From positions 7,564,001-7,628,000 of the forward strand of contig CATNEN010000039.1 in the NCBI GenBank assembly GCA_950097015.1: a stretch of 64,000 nucleotides of DNA, in the 5' to 3' direction. This DNA comes from Macrostomum hystrix. Lineage: Eukaryota > Animalia > Platyhelminthes. The notes under the pieces were generated by a model. It saw only the letters and a list, made by a program, of their open reading frames with translations, ran no database searches and was not told the DNA's origin. A program made the translations under genes and the position numbers. Shown piece by piece: positions 35,386-48,600 of this stretch (the stretch's first letter is position 1; each line of letters opens with the position of its first letter).

Positions 35386-36104
35386 ATTTGAATATTACAC
35401 TGACTTATAAGTAAACGCATATTTTAAGTACTTTAAAAAAGGAATTCAAGTAGTAATTTTTTAATTTTTTATGTACTACTCGTAAAACCTTGACTGATAT
35501 GCAGGCTACATAAGCCTTACGGATTTAAATATTGTAGCAGTGTACAGCAATGTACTGTGTCATGCAAATCCGCGCCACTGGGTGGGCTGTTACTATTTTT
35601 AGACTCTTGAAAAATAGTTTTGCATCTGCAATGAGTTCCAGCTCTGTTGCCGAGTAGGACAAGCTTTTTCACCAAAGCAAAGTCGAAGCAACTCCGTGAG
35701 AAAATTAATGCATACTTGAGCAGAGCTGGGCATAATAGTGAGGCCACATTTTATTGCAGCTCAGCTGTGACTCATACTTCAGTAAGTTTGAGTAACTGAA
35801 CTCAGTTTCGAGACGATGCACGCGAAAAACGAGACACCTTGAAACTAAAATTCATTTGTAGCACAAATCTTAAACAAATACTAAATTTTCAGGATCAATC
35901 TTAACTTACTGTATCACTTTGCACGCTAGTTAAAAGCCTGTGAGATGGATTTGAATCCAAAATGGAAAAAATGCTGGAATTCAAAGCCTCTTTGCTCCCT
36001 GTCTATTGTAAAACTGTGTCAAAACAACAAGCATTTAAGCCCCAAGTCACGGTCTTATTTATTCCAACAATGGTATGAAACAGCGTCAGTGAAATTGATT
36101 AATT

Positions 36105-36395
36105 TATGATAATTTATTACACCTGCCACAATTGGGTCAGATGTGCAGCTGACAGCACAGCCGGAGCATCTAAAGGCTGTGTACGCCAGGTCAGTCCATG
36201 GACTGGGGCGACGCCACACCCACCCTTAAAGTCTCCAGCTAGTGCTGGTACCCATAAACAGCTGGGTGAACTGAAGCGATGCAGAGCTAAGTGTCTTGCT
36301 AAAGGACACAGATTGTTCCAGTGTAGTCGGGAATCGAACCCCCTGACCTTCAAGTCGTGAGTCAGACGCTCTAACCACACGGCTAAAACCCCCAG
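36105..36395 (-). mobile_element. CORE-like SINE, family A
   Basis: Reverse-complement homologue of 35088-35385. Confidence 0.85.
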
Positions 36396-36705
36396 TTGTA
36401 GCTTGTGCAAGGGGGTTGTGGCCTAGTAAGTGCAAACAAGTTTAAAAAATGCATCGATGGGAAGTGATATTGTATAATAACTTGCTGAAACTACGAATTT
36501 GAAAATAATTCGTGGTGTTTAAAGTCTGTCTTCTGAAGCTGTTAAAGAAACTTATATTTGCTGTGTTTGCCTTGAAAATAAAGTTATTAAGTTGAGGTTG
36601 AAACTAACGGCAGCCCGCCCTCTGCTGTTGTCTATGGTCGAATTCCATATATATGCACAGCGGGAGGGCCGTGAAACGCGGCCGTACCAATCAATATTGG
36701 TATAG

Positions 36706-37613
36706 TTGCTTTTGTCGCGCTATGTGGAACAGTGGTCATGCAAAACGGAACGGCCCATGGAATTCTATGGCCGAGCGTTTGAATTCACATGAGAAAGTAA
36801 GCCATAGACAACTCAAATTGTCATGCTATGTGGAATGATGAGCCAGAATAGAAGGAACGATTTTAGTTTTTCACAGAGACAACAACACGCTTTCATTTTC
36901 TTGGCCAAACACAGCAAAGGTTTCAAGAATTTTTAGACCACCTAGCAGACCGCTGCCATCAACTGGACCCTACAGGAAACTGGATAATTTTTATGGATGG
37001 CCCAAATTTTCATCGTAATGTGGAGATCCGAGAGAACCATCGGGACAGAATTACGACACGAATCCTACCCCCGTATTCACAATTTCTAAACCCGACCGAA
37101 TTTACTAACTCTGCGTTGAAGTCAAATCTCAAAAACCGTTTGGCGGAAGCCGGCATAGTTGAGGATGAGGAAGTTCCACCAGAAGGAGTGTTACTTGAGC
37201 AGTGGAGATTCATGCTACCATGATCCATGCTACTTGAACGTGAGGCGACTGAAGCTGTTGGTCAAGCAATCACTGCTGACAAGTGCGCTGGCTGGGAGCT
37301 GCGCTGCAATCGATTGTTTCGATTGTGTTTGCAGCGACATCTGTTTTAGGGGTTCAAATTTTGTAACTGATGCTTCAATTTCAGACTTATAATAAGATTC
37401 AGTTGAATGCAATTCTGCTTCTGCTTGCTTTGATTCTTTCTGCAAAAAAAAACTAAAATCGTTCCTTCTATTCTGGCTCATCGTTCCACATAGCATGACA
37501 AATTGAGTTGTCTATGGCTTACTTTCTCATGTGAATTCAAACGCTCGGCCATAGAATTCCATGGGCCGTTCCGTTTTGCATGACCACTGTTCCACATAGC
37601 GCGACAAAAGCAA
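36706..37613 (+). mobile_element. Internally deleted Tc1/IS630-superfamily DNA transposon with about 165-bp TIRs
   Basis: Near-perfect inverted repeats at 36706-36871 and 37447-37613. The internal fragment IFMDGPNFH..ILPPYSQFLNPTE matches the C-terminal DDE motif (MDNAxxH..LPPYSPxLNPIE). Confidence 0.85.
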
Positions 37614-37890
37614 TATTGCATTGCGTAAGGAAAACAATTCCTTGCAATCCTTCCTTGCATTCCTTATTTGCATCTATACTGCCCGTAAACAACACGCTTT
37701 TTATGAAGCAACGAATGGGGTTTGACCATAGACATTCGACATTAATGCACGCAATTTGCTACATTAATGAACGCTCGGACAGATGATAATGTAAGAATAT
37801 ATACCGGCTATTGAGGGTATCAATGGCTGTGACCGAGGACGCGCAGCGCCCGAGGTCATAGACATTGATGCCCAAAATAGTCGGTGTGTA

Positions 37891-38020
37891 TTTTCATTGA
37901 GCAACGCTGGGATTCCCAGCGGTTCTGTTTGCACCATAGACATTCCACCGGGGTTTTAATGTCGTCCATTAAAACCCGGCGGTATTTAATGGCGGGAATC
38001 CCAGCGTTGCTCAATGAAAA
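37891..38020. mobile_element. 130-bp MITE with TA flanks
   Basis: TIR TTTTCATTGAGCAACGCTGGGATTCCC / GGGAATCCCAGCGTTGCTCAATGAAAA, TA on both sides, and an internal hairpin. Confidence 0.7.
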
Positions 38021-38883
38021 TACAGACTTAACGTTTGAAATACAAAAATCCAAAGGGAATTCCCTGTGGGAATTCCCCATAGACATAGTTTTACGATGTT
38101 CATTAAAACCCTTGCTCAGCGTTGTTCAATTTTGAGATCACTCTAGCATTCCAGTATTACCACCTGGTCCTCTATGGCATAATTGTTGTTTTAGCTAGTA
38201 CCATATTATGGAGTCGGACAAGCAGCAATTCGTATTTTTGTTTTATCCTTGATTCTCTGCCCACCTCCCCCCACTGCTGTCTGCCTGTCTTTTTGCTTTC
38301 GTTCTCGCTGTCGAATTGTGAAGTCTCAGGCTGCAAGGCTTACATATGCTGCCATTAGCAGCACAGCAATAGGTCCAACAACTCTATAAATTTTCGAGCG
38401 TGCTTTGATATAATTTGAGCCAGCACAGGTTTGAGCGAGTGAGATGGAAGCGTTGGAAGATAATTTTAAGAGAGCAGGTGAAAAACAACAATGGTTTGTT
38501 CTGCATTTCGGATGCTATATGGCTGAGTACCCTTAGACTCTAAGTAATTTGGACACTCTCTTACATTTGTAACCCGACTATGTTTTTAGCAACTTTTGTT
38601 GTCTAAGTATTCTACCTTCTATACAATGGGCGTGTGTACTCGAGACATTCATTGCAAACATCCATTGCCACCTTTATCCGCGATGCTAAATTCCTATTGC
38701 CTTTTTAGCGAAATCAATGATTTGTTTCTACCGTATGCATCGTTAAAACTTCTTCAAATAAAAAGTGTGCAAATCGATCCAGTAGCTGGGCAGATAGTCA
38801 AGCATTTTTCTTATTTCATTCGTTACGTTCAAATCTGGAAATTCCTTGCGACTCTTACATTCAATGTACTGCTTTAACTACGT

Positions 38884-39262
38884 AATAATAATAATAATAA
38901 TAATTGCTCGAGGGCAGTGGGCCATGGAACATCATTTAGTGACACTAGACCCGCAGCCAGAGAGGATGCAATTCTACCCATGTCGCTGACTCCTGAGCAC
39001 ACTCACTCACACAGATAGCGTGCCTACGCAGGCACACGCTCAAACAGCTGTGTACATCAGCCCTGACTTTCTCATCGTCAGGCAGTGTACACTTTCACTG
39101 TGCCTTGGAGGTTGGCCCACAATGGCGTAAAGTGCACGACAAGCCCCAAGTCTTCTCTCCGCGGCTGCCACCTAAAGGAATGTGGTCTCGCCACGGAATC
39201 GAGCTTACGAGTAGTAACCTTGGTGCGAGAAGCGAACGCGTTAACCGCACTGCCAATGACCC
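38884..39262 (-). mobile_element. tRNA-derived SINE, family B
   Basis: Same body, hairpin and (ATT)n tail as the other family B copies. Confidence 0.85.
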
Positions 39263-39663
39263 TCCTGTTCTAACTACATACTAAGGGCGGTATTTCTCAT
39301 GGCGATTCAAACACTTCAAGTGACGTGACGTGAGACGATTAGTTGGGCCCTAGTTAGAAGCTCTTGGTAACAAGCAATGAAAAATCAGCGCTTGAATAGC
39401 TCGTACTAGTATTTCTATATTTTCGGACCTCAGTCCGGTTTGATGGGTTTAATGCGAATACGTACATTCAAACTTGTGCCCTAAATTTTTGTAGCTAAAG
39501 AGATTTCTTCGCCCACCAGTTACTATTTGGTTGGATCAAAAGGAAGGAAACAGAGTATTCTTGCGAAATCTCGATTTTGTGAATTTCAAAAAAATATGAC
39601 AATTAGTTAAAAAATTGAAATGAGACTGGCAGGCTTCAAGTTTTAAATCAGAACAGAAAAGGT

Positions 39664-40512
39664 TCATCCAAACCGATGCTGCTTCTCCACATAGTAGTTC
39701 TCGAAAATTCCTCGAAGAGTGGCGAAGGTCGGCCTCTCGGACGGATTCTCGTGCCAGCAGGCCAGCATGATGTTCTGATAGAGAAACTCATCACATTGGA
39801 TCCCCTGTGAATCGTTGTGAGGGTTTTTCATGCGATATCCGCGTGACACCATGCGAAGGATGTCTCGGTTATTGTACTCCGGGTACGGCGTGCGACCCCG
39901 AGTGACGATCTCGTAGATCAGAACACCGAACGACCAGACGTCCGACTTGTTCGTGAAAACCCTCTCTGTGGCAGCCTCGGGCGCGGTCCAGCGAATCGGA
40001 AATATCATGTTCTCATCAACGCAGTGCACATCCTCCTCAGTGAGACGACTCAGCCTGAAGTCGCTCACTTTGACAATATTGTCATTTCCAACGAGGATGT
40101 TAGCAGCGCGGAGGTCCCTGTGAATGAACTTTTTCTCCTCGAGGTACGCCATTCCGTCTGAGATCTGGAACAGCATGTCCAGCATGTTGTCGAAGGTGAT
40201 TCTTCTGCCGTTCTGTTCGTCTTTCCTCAAATAGTTGGTGAGCGCTCCGTTCGGCATCAGCTCAGTGACAATGTAGAAGGGCTCCTCGGTGGTGCAGACG
40301 CCAAGCAGCTGAACAATTTTCGGGTGATGCAGCTTGTGCATGGTTTGAGCCTCCCTAATGACCTGCTGCTTTAGCGTCAAACTTTTTAGGTCCATTTTCA
40401 ACAAAATTTTTATTGTCACTTCAACAAGTCCACCGAATTTCGCTCGCCAAATCTGCAATTAAAATTAGAACTAGATTTACAACTGCGAATAGTTTGAAGC
40501 TTAAAAGCAACA

Positions 40513-40557
<45 letters not shown>

Positions 40558-41336
40558 TTGTCTGAAACGTGCAGCTTTACAGCACCAACCTCTCTGTAGT
40601 CGCGTTCGTCGATTTTTTCCAACAATTGAAGCTGCTTTCCATTAAGGTCGAAGTCGCTGAACCGACCTGGAGGTTCATACTTACGAGGACAGGGAGACGT
40701 CAAGCTGAGGCCGTCTTGAGAACCTGTATAGTATGCGATCAATTCTTCTAAACTCAAAAATACTTTTCCTCGACTCAAGTAGAAGGCGCTGTCGTCGATC
40801 GCAAACACGGCGTAGTGCTTGACGAGGATTAGGCGGACCTCGGTGTGCGAGAGCTCCTCGGTGCGCACGCTCAGGCTGTACGCTGTCTGGTCGGCTCGCT
40901 GCTTGCAGGGACGCAGCAGGAATGTTCCCTTCTGCAGGCCCGGCATGAGCAGATTCCTCTCTGCCTCTCTGCGGTCCACGTCGAACCAGCAGGCCATGGA
41001 GGTCGGGCCGCCGTCGAATGGCTGAACGTAGTTGTACGGCACGTAGCCGACTTCACCAGTTTCCGGGTTGCTCATTTTCCACCAGAACTCGTCTGAATTG
41101 TCGAGCAGTTCCAAGATATCGCCACTTTTAAAAGTGAGATCGCCCTGATCCTGCTTGTCGAAGCCTTTAATTGCTTTCATTTTCCTTGCAGCTGTTGCAG
41201 TCCATCTTTGAGTCCGCTGCGTCTCATTTTGCACTGCTGTTGGCACGTCAGTGAAATCTTCCGCTTGGGAAAGCTCAACAGCAGCTGCTGGACACCGCAG
41301 TGATGTCTCCAGATTTAAAATGGCTTCTTCTTCCAT
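39664..41336 (-). CDS. Src-like protein C, probable pseudokinase (exons 41336-40590, 40452-39664)
   Basis: Intact SH3-SH2-kinase ORF, but no Gly2, G-loop replaced by IDERDYRE, DFG changed to DFR, and both the activation-loop and C-terminal tyrosines absent. Confidence 0.85.
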
Positions 41337-42054
41337 TAGATCCGCCAGAGCAACGTCTAGAGAGTTGATCTACTCGATACGGGACTTGTTTTTGGGCAAG
41401 TGTTTGCTTGCTTAGTAAGTATATGTTTTTTTGCACAAAGCTTTACTCTGAATACGTAAGGTAATCTCAGACCCGAAGCTCGTAAACTATTTTTGGGTCT
41501 GATGTAAGACAACTGCTGCTCCTGTTGTACATTGCATCAACATCGCTAGTCGACTCACGGTTCACTAACTGTCGAACCTGGTCGCATTGTTTGGAGGTCT
41601 ATCAAACTGTACACCGTCGTCCATCTTTTGTGTGATGTGTAAAATTTTCGTAAAAATGCTTGCTTACTGCACGCAGACAATCTCCTGAATGTAAATTAAA
41701 GCCATAGCAAGACATTTTGTTACTAATTATAACATCCCAGTGGCAACATAATATGTAAATATGCTACTTGTATTTTATTGCCATGTCTGTTATTTTTCCT
41801 TTGTTTGTGACGACCTTCGTTAAATACAGCTGCACTGAGCTTTATCTTCAATATTTTATCTGCTCATCAATAAATACAAATGAAAAAGAAACAAATTATC
41901 CTGTATAAAAAATCTCTGTTCATTAGTATGGGAATTTTAGCTCATTGCTCACATTGATAAATCATTGTCAAACAAGTATTTTTGAGCTTACATGTATTCA
42001 CCAGCTCACCTGCTTACTTTGACGAAGAATACCAAATTTTAAATTGGAAAGAGA

Positions 42055-42372
42055 GTTGTCAAGTTGAAACAGTCGGGTGTCAGGGTGAGACAGAGAAATG
42101 TCAGGCTGAAATAGTGGGGTGTCAGGCAGAGACAGAGAAATGTCAGGTTGAAACAGTGGGGTGTCAGGCAGAGACAGAGAAATGTCAGGTTGAAACAGTG
42201 GGGTGTCAGGCAGAGACAGAGAAATGTCAGGCTGAAATAGTGGGGTGTCAGGGTGAGACAGAGAAATGTCAGGCTGAAACAGTGGGGTGTCAGGCAGAGA
42301 CAGAGAAATGTCAGGCTGAAACAGTGGGGTGTCAGGGTGAGACAGGGAGTTGTCAGGTTGAAACAGTGGGAA
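42055..42372. repeat. 42-bp minisatellite (about 7 copies)
   Basis: (GAAACAGTGGGGTGTCAGGCAGAGACAGAGAAATGTCAGGTT)n. Confidence 0.9.
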
Positions 42373-42624
42373 ACATGGTAAAAATAAGTTGGCAGGGTAA
42401 AAAATAGATGGGTGAAGGGAAGGTTAGGCGTGAGGTGTTACGGCTACACAGTTAGGTTTTCGTCTAAGATGCAACTTAGCCTATGCTATAAATGACCAGA
42501 ATAATCAGCCAAAAGACTTATATTTTTACGGGGTGAAAAGACGCCATTGATGTTATATCAGTAAGCAGAACGAGCTATCAGATTCAGTCCTCATCGCAGT
42601 CGTCATCAAAGCGTCACAGAGAGC

Positions 42625-45600
42625 CTACTTGGACCCCTTTCCTCCGCCGCTAGCCGAGGACGTCGGCAGGGATTTTCGTTGGCTAGGAGAACCTTTGCCA
42701 GATGAATACGACGTTGCTGACGCCGACGAAAGCTCGACGGTGTTGCGCCGATTTGACGTGTCCGGCCTCGAGCTTGTCGGCGATGGCTCGTCAATGCTGG
42801 CCACCTGCTTCACTAGCGAGCGCTGCGGCTGCCTGCGGGCGGGGGCCGCCGCCTGCGACTCCAGCGGCACGGAGCGCATGATGTCCTGGATGGATTGGCT
42901 CAGCTCTGTCGCCGAGGTGTCGTCCCCGAGACGGGCGTGACGCACCGCCTTGGCGTTTTGTTTCTGCAGGTTGAGTAGGCGAGTCTTCTGCTGGCGCACT
43001 GTGCTCAGGCTAACATCGGTGCCGTCGAAGTTGAAGCACTGCGTGTTGCCCAGCTGCTTGTGGTCGCGAATGAGTTGGAGCACCTTGCGGTAGGAGCGCT
43101 GCAACGCGGAGTTTGAAGGGTTGCTAGGCAACTGAACCTTTGAAGCTTTTAGCTCGTTATAAATAATCTATGTTTCTTATTCAAGGAAGCGACTGGGCAA
43201 GTAAAAGATGATTGAGGATTCGATTGTCTGTCGATGGCTTAAGACTCAGGTGAGAATGGCTAATGATTCAGGTGGGAATGGCTGATGATTCAGGTGGGAA
43301 CGGCTGATGATTCAGGTGGGAATGGCTTAAGATTCAGGTGGGAATGGCTGAGGATTCAGGTGGTAATAACTGATGATTCAGGTTTGCCTGTCGGAGTTCT
43401 CAAGGCAAACCTTCCAGTTGCACTGAGCGGTGACCCGTTGCTTGGCTAGCGTCTTCTTGGTCCGGTAGATGGTCATGAGACCGAACTCGCCGTCCTTGCC
43501 TGGCACGGGAATTGTGTAGCCGGTGCGGTAAGCCAGCAGCTGCTCCGGGCTGAAGCTACGCTCTACAATCACCACAATTCTGGCCCACTGCAATGAGTTT
43601 TTGAAACATCTCCGTGAAAACTAGAGGCTGCAGGATAGAATTCTTTATAAAAACAAGAATTATATAACTGAAGCGCTGACCATTGCGATCGATTCCTTCT
43701 GCGAGCGCGCATTCACCGTTGAATATGTGTGGTCCATCATGGCTATGATCATGTTCAGCAACATAATCGGCATGATGATCATGAATTTGACGAACACAAG
43801 CTTCGACATCAGCGGGTATTTGGTGTAGTTGAACTCCGCGTACTGAAAATATGCATGGTAGATTCATGTTTTTCGTATTTACACGGTCGACGATATAAAC
43901 TGGTTCCATCACTACATACACAATAAAGATGTTTGTGATCACATCACGATTTTTGGGTGAAGCTTTATTAAGCTTAGCAATCAAACAAAATTTACCTTGA
44001 TTAGAAACTCGCCCTTTGACATCTGCAATTGAAGAAAAGGTAAATACTGCTGAGTTTAAATAAATAAAAATATACCTTGTACTAATTCAGGTGAAACACA
44101 AGATATCCATTATTTGCAATCTCGGGAACCAGAAAAAGGAATGGAACGCCTTCGGAGGGTCTCATGTCGATTGCTTGCGTAGGTCACCGTCTATTCCCTG
44201 AGAATGTCACTATCTATTTGCTTCGGTGAGCTCGCTTCCTGGGGAGCTCTGGGGAGGTGGCGAAGTCTATGGCCTTGAGAGGTCACTGTCTATGGCCTTG
44301 AGAGGTCGCTCTATGAACTTGGGATGGTCACTGTCTATGGCCTTGGGAAGGTCACTGTCACAGTCACTGTCTGTTTGGTAAGGTCGAATATTTAACTAAG
44401 CTCCGTTTCCTTACCTTGAACTCGCCGTGAGTCATCTGAAACACAGTCATCACTGTTGTCCAGATGTCTCGAAATGATCCAATTGTGATTTGCTCGATGT
44501 CCCGAAATAGAAAGAAAAACGCTGAAAATTGAAAAGGTAAAAAGTTAACCAATGCGTGGTTACAAACGAAATTGTGTTTAGAGAGCCTCACCTTGACCAT
44601 AGCAAGTTGACAGCACGCAGTAGATGATGCCGAAACGAAGCAGGTCGCCAGATAGCATTCCGTAGATCAGCGTGACAAATGTGCCGTAAAGGTTGGTACC
44701 ACTGAAATTGAAATTGGCACAGGATTATTGCGGCAAAACTTATCATACATTACTAACAAAATGCACGCAAACCTACCTGGCAAAGAACAGCAGGTAGGTC
44801 CAGACGCATGGAATCGCCAGGATGAGCAGTGACTCCTCAACCAAGGTCATTGTCTGCCAGTTGGCTGTCCAGAACAGCACACCGAGTCTGGCCGGCATGG
44901 CCAGGGTGATGAGTAGGCAGGCAACAATGTACACCGCTCGCGGTGGAGCGTGCGACTGCGCGGACGGAGGGGTTGATTCGAGGGGTTGGCGTCTGCTTAG
45001 TAGTCTGACTGACACGCTGGCTCAGGATCATCTCACTTGGCCTGTTAGCTTTGTTCTCAAAATTTTCCTTATTAATCGTCAATTTTAGCGTGAAGCCCAA
45101 CTTTTTCAAGCCAATCGCCTCATGCATGCTATAGAAAGTCAGCAACACAGTTGGTCGTCTGGTGAGACTACCTATGCCTAGGGTAGGTCACTGTATCTGA
45201 ATCAGGAAAGTACCTGACCTCACTCAAGAGAGCCAACCTCCTAGGAGATGTGGATGCCAACCTTTTACCATTTGTTACATAAATACCAATTACGTCATTT
45301 TCTACCCACAATCAGCAATCAGTTAGTGTACAGCAAACTGAAGCAGGATATTGTGGAGGAATATGGAAAGCAAGAGAAAGAAACTATTTTAACGACGTTA
45401 CCGACGTCAGCATCGACGTCAGTGACAAATAGGAGCAGTAATAACACAGACTTAAAAAAACCGAGGAAAACGTCTAGATTATTTGAAGGTTTCGTAGCAC
45501 GTCGACAAATGACATAAATATTATTTAGTGGCGTCGGATTGCAGTATGGAGAAGCAGATGGTTATGCTCGAAGAGCTGCTAATACCTAACGACAATCTGT

Positions 45601-48600
45601 GAGTACACTCACACGGCTGTGCCAGCGATACTCACTAATGTCCTCGTGAATGCCCGGAAGCCTTGCTCGCGAACTTCATTAACCGTAAAGTAGAGCGTGA
45701 CGAAGCTATTGATAACGGTGATGATCTCGCAAATGTAGCGAACTACATTCTGGCCATTCACCTGCAACATTTTATTTCGTCGGTATAGACGGGCAATAAT
45801 GGCACATCATTTGGTGACACTTGACCCGCCAGCGAGCAGCCAGCAAGGAGGCAATTCTGCCCACCGTATGCAGGCACACACTCGCACAGGTACTAGCTAT
45901 GTACATCTGCTCTGACTTTCTAATTGTCAGGCAGTGTACACTTTCACTGTGCCTTGGAGGTTGGCCCTCAAGGGCCTAAATTGCACGACCAGCCCCCAAG
46001 CCTTCTCTCCGCGGCTGCGCCCCAAATGAATGTGGCCTCGCTGCGGAATCGAGCCCAGGGACTTTGGTGCGAGAAGCGAACGTGTTAACGCACCACTCAC
46101 CCCTTGGTATATATGAAAGGTTATACGCTCGTATATCAGATTTATCCAAAAAAGTCACCTGCAAAGATGCTCGAACAATGCTGGTCGTGTTGCTTGTCAT
46201 ATTCCAGTTTTCCTGAGGCCGCAGGTAAACGGCCAGTGTCATGATGCTCAAGTAAGCAATGGTTAAAGCGAGTCTTTGGAGAAACCGATTCTGAAGTTTA
46301 AGTATGTCGTCATACTTGTATATATAAATATTTCTATGCAAAGCCAAGCTACGAGTAGCAAATAAATGAAATAAAAGGAAATTGTTCTCGCTCACTCACT
46401 CTGACATATTTGTTCCACTTCTCATACAGCAGCTGCCGAATCACTCCCTCATCCAGCATGTCAAGATGCTCATTAGACTGTCCGTTGATTATGTACATGA
46501 ACGCGGAGTCCCAGTCAGTTCGGCCGCTGGGTCCAATGGTGTCAACTCCGGTCAGCGGGTACAGCTTGCAGGCGATGTCACCGTAGCGCCACATCTCCGA
46601 AGCGCTCAGATTGACGATCTCGTTGAAGACAACTCGACGACCGAGCTTGGCGGCCAGCGAGATCGGATTGAGGCCGGCCGAGTTGACGGCGTTCGGGTCG
46701 GCCGGGCGCTTGTAGTGACGCAGGGCCAGCCGGTAGACCTCCTGGGGGTTCATTTTTCGCTCAATTTGTGAAAATCATTTCTGACTGCCTTTCTTCACAC
46801 AGAATTTTCTCTAAAAAGTTAGGCGTCAGTCTTCTGCTTTTGAAGCTTGGACACCCCAGTTCTGCTTCAACTTCCCTGTTCTGTCTGAAAGCAGGTGGTC
46901 ACCCCAGATCTGTCTGAAGAGGATTGGACACCCCAGTTCTGTCAGAGAGGAGATGGACACCCCAGTTCTGTCAGAGAGGAGATGGACACCCCAGTTCTGT
47001 CAGAGAGGAGATGGACACCCCAGTTCTGTCAGAGAGGAGATGGACACCCCAGTTCTGTCAGAGAGGAGATGGACACCCCAGTTCTGTCAGAGAGGAGATG
47101 GACACCCCAGTTCTGTCAGAGAGGAGATGGACACCCCAGTTCTGTCAGAGAGGAGATGGACACCCCAGTTCTGTCAGAGAGGAGATGGACACCCCAGTTC
47201 TGTCAGAGAGGAGATGGACACCACAGTTCTGTCAGAGAGGAGATGGACACCCCAGTTCTGTCAGAGAGGAGATGGACACCCCAGTTCTGTCAGAGAGGAG
47301 ATGGACACCCCAGTTCTGTCAGAGAGGAGATGGACACCCCAGTTCTGTCAGAGAGGAGATGGACACCACAGTTCTGTCCGGAGGCAAGTGGACAACTCTG
47401 GTTCTGTATCTTTGGGGTGGGCACCCCAGTAAAGCTGAGGAAAAGCAACAATTCCAACAAGGCAGGTGCACCGTCTGGTTGTGTATGACGAGCATGTGCA
47501 GGACATTGTTGCCTAGAAGGTCCTTGGCGCCTGGGTCGGCGCCGCACAGAATCAGATAGTCGTAAATCTCTGAGCTGCCAACGCAGCTGGCGAACGATAG
47601 CGGGTACTCGCCGTAGTACAGGTTGCCTGTGCACGGAAGAGAAAAGAAATAGGCTTGTTCCGTATCGTATAAATCAGCCAATTGTGCTCATGTTGTCTGC
47701 CTGCCCCGTTCACGCTAGCTAGCTCGTATACGCTCGTTTTATCGATATTTTCGTGCCCCTTCACCCAACAACCTCCATTCTGGCCTAGCCATCTGCATTC
47801 TCTCTCCCCTTTGCTTATCGATCGCTTTTAAGCCTTCGCTTGCGAAGCGAAGTTTTCTCACCCTCATTTTCACTCCACTCTGTCGCTTCCTTTTCTGACC
47901 CAGCCTATCAAATTCGACTAATAAAATATGCTTAGGCAAGCTATGACTGTGTTTTCCTTATTGCTATCAGTTATTTGCTAATCTACAAGTACTAGATTTG
48001 AACGAGCTGAACTCCTCCTTCGGAGGAGGTTTCGGGGATGTAACTCCCATCGCAAGAATTCAATCAATTTAATAAAAAAAAATAATAATAATTGATTACA
48101 CCTGTCCCAATCGGGCCAGATGTGCAGCCAACAGCACAGCCGCAGCTATTGCGCGGCGCATCTGAAGACTGCGTACAGCTGTTCAGTCCGTGGACTGTGG
48201 GACGCCACACCCACCTTCAATTATCCCAGCTAATGCTGGTACCCATTAAACAGCTGGGTGAACTGAAGCAATGCATAGTTAAGTGTCTTGCTAAAGGACA
48301 CAAATTGTTTCAGTGGAGTCGGGAATCGAACCCCCGACCTTCAAGTCGTGAGTCCGACGCCCTAACCACTAGGCTACAACCTCAATCAATTTGTAGGTAA
48401 AACATAACTGTCAACAACCCTAGCCCTAACCCAAACCATTTAACAATGTGAACTCAAATTAGATTTGAATTAACTCGGACCCACCTTTGTAGTTGGTGAC
48501 TTTGGACTTCCTAACAGAGCGCTGGTCGTCTGGCTGGAAGAAATCACCCACTGCACGTTGGTTGATGTCAGCCCCGGCTTGAGCCAGCACTTTCACCAGC

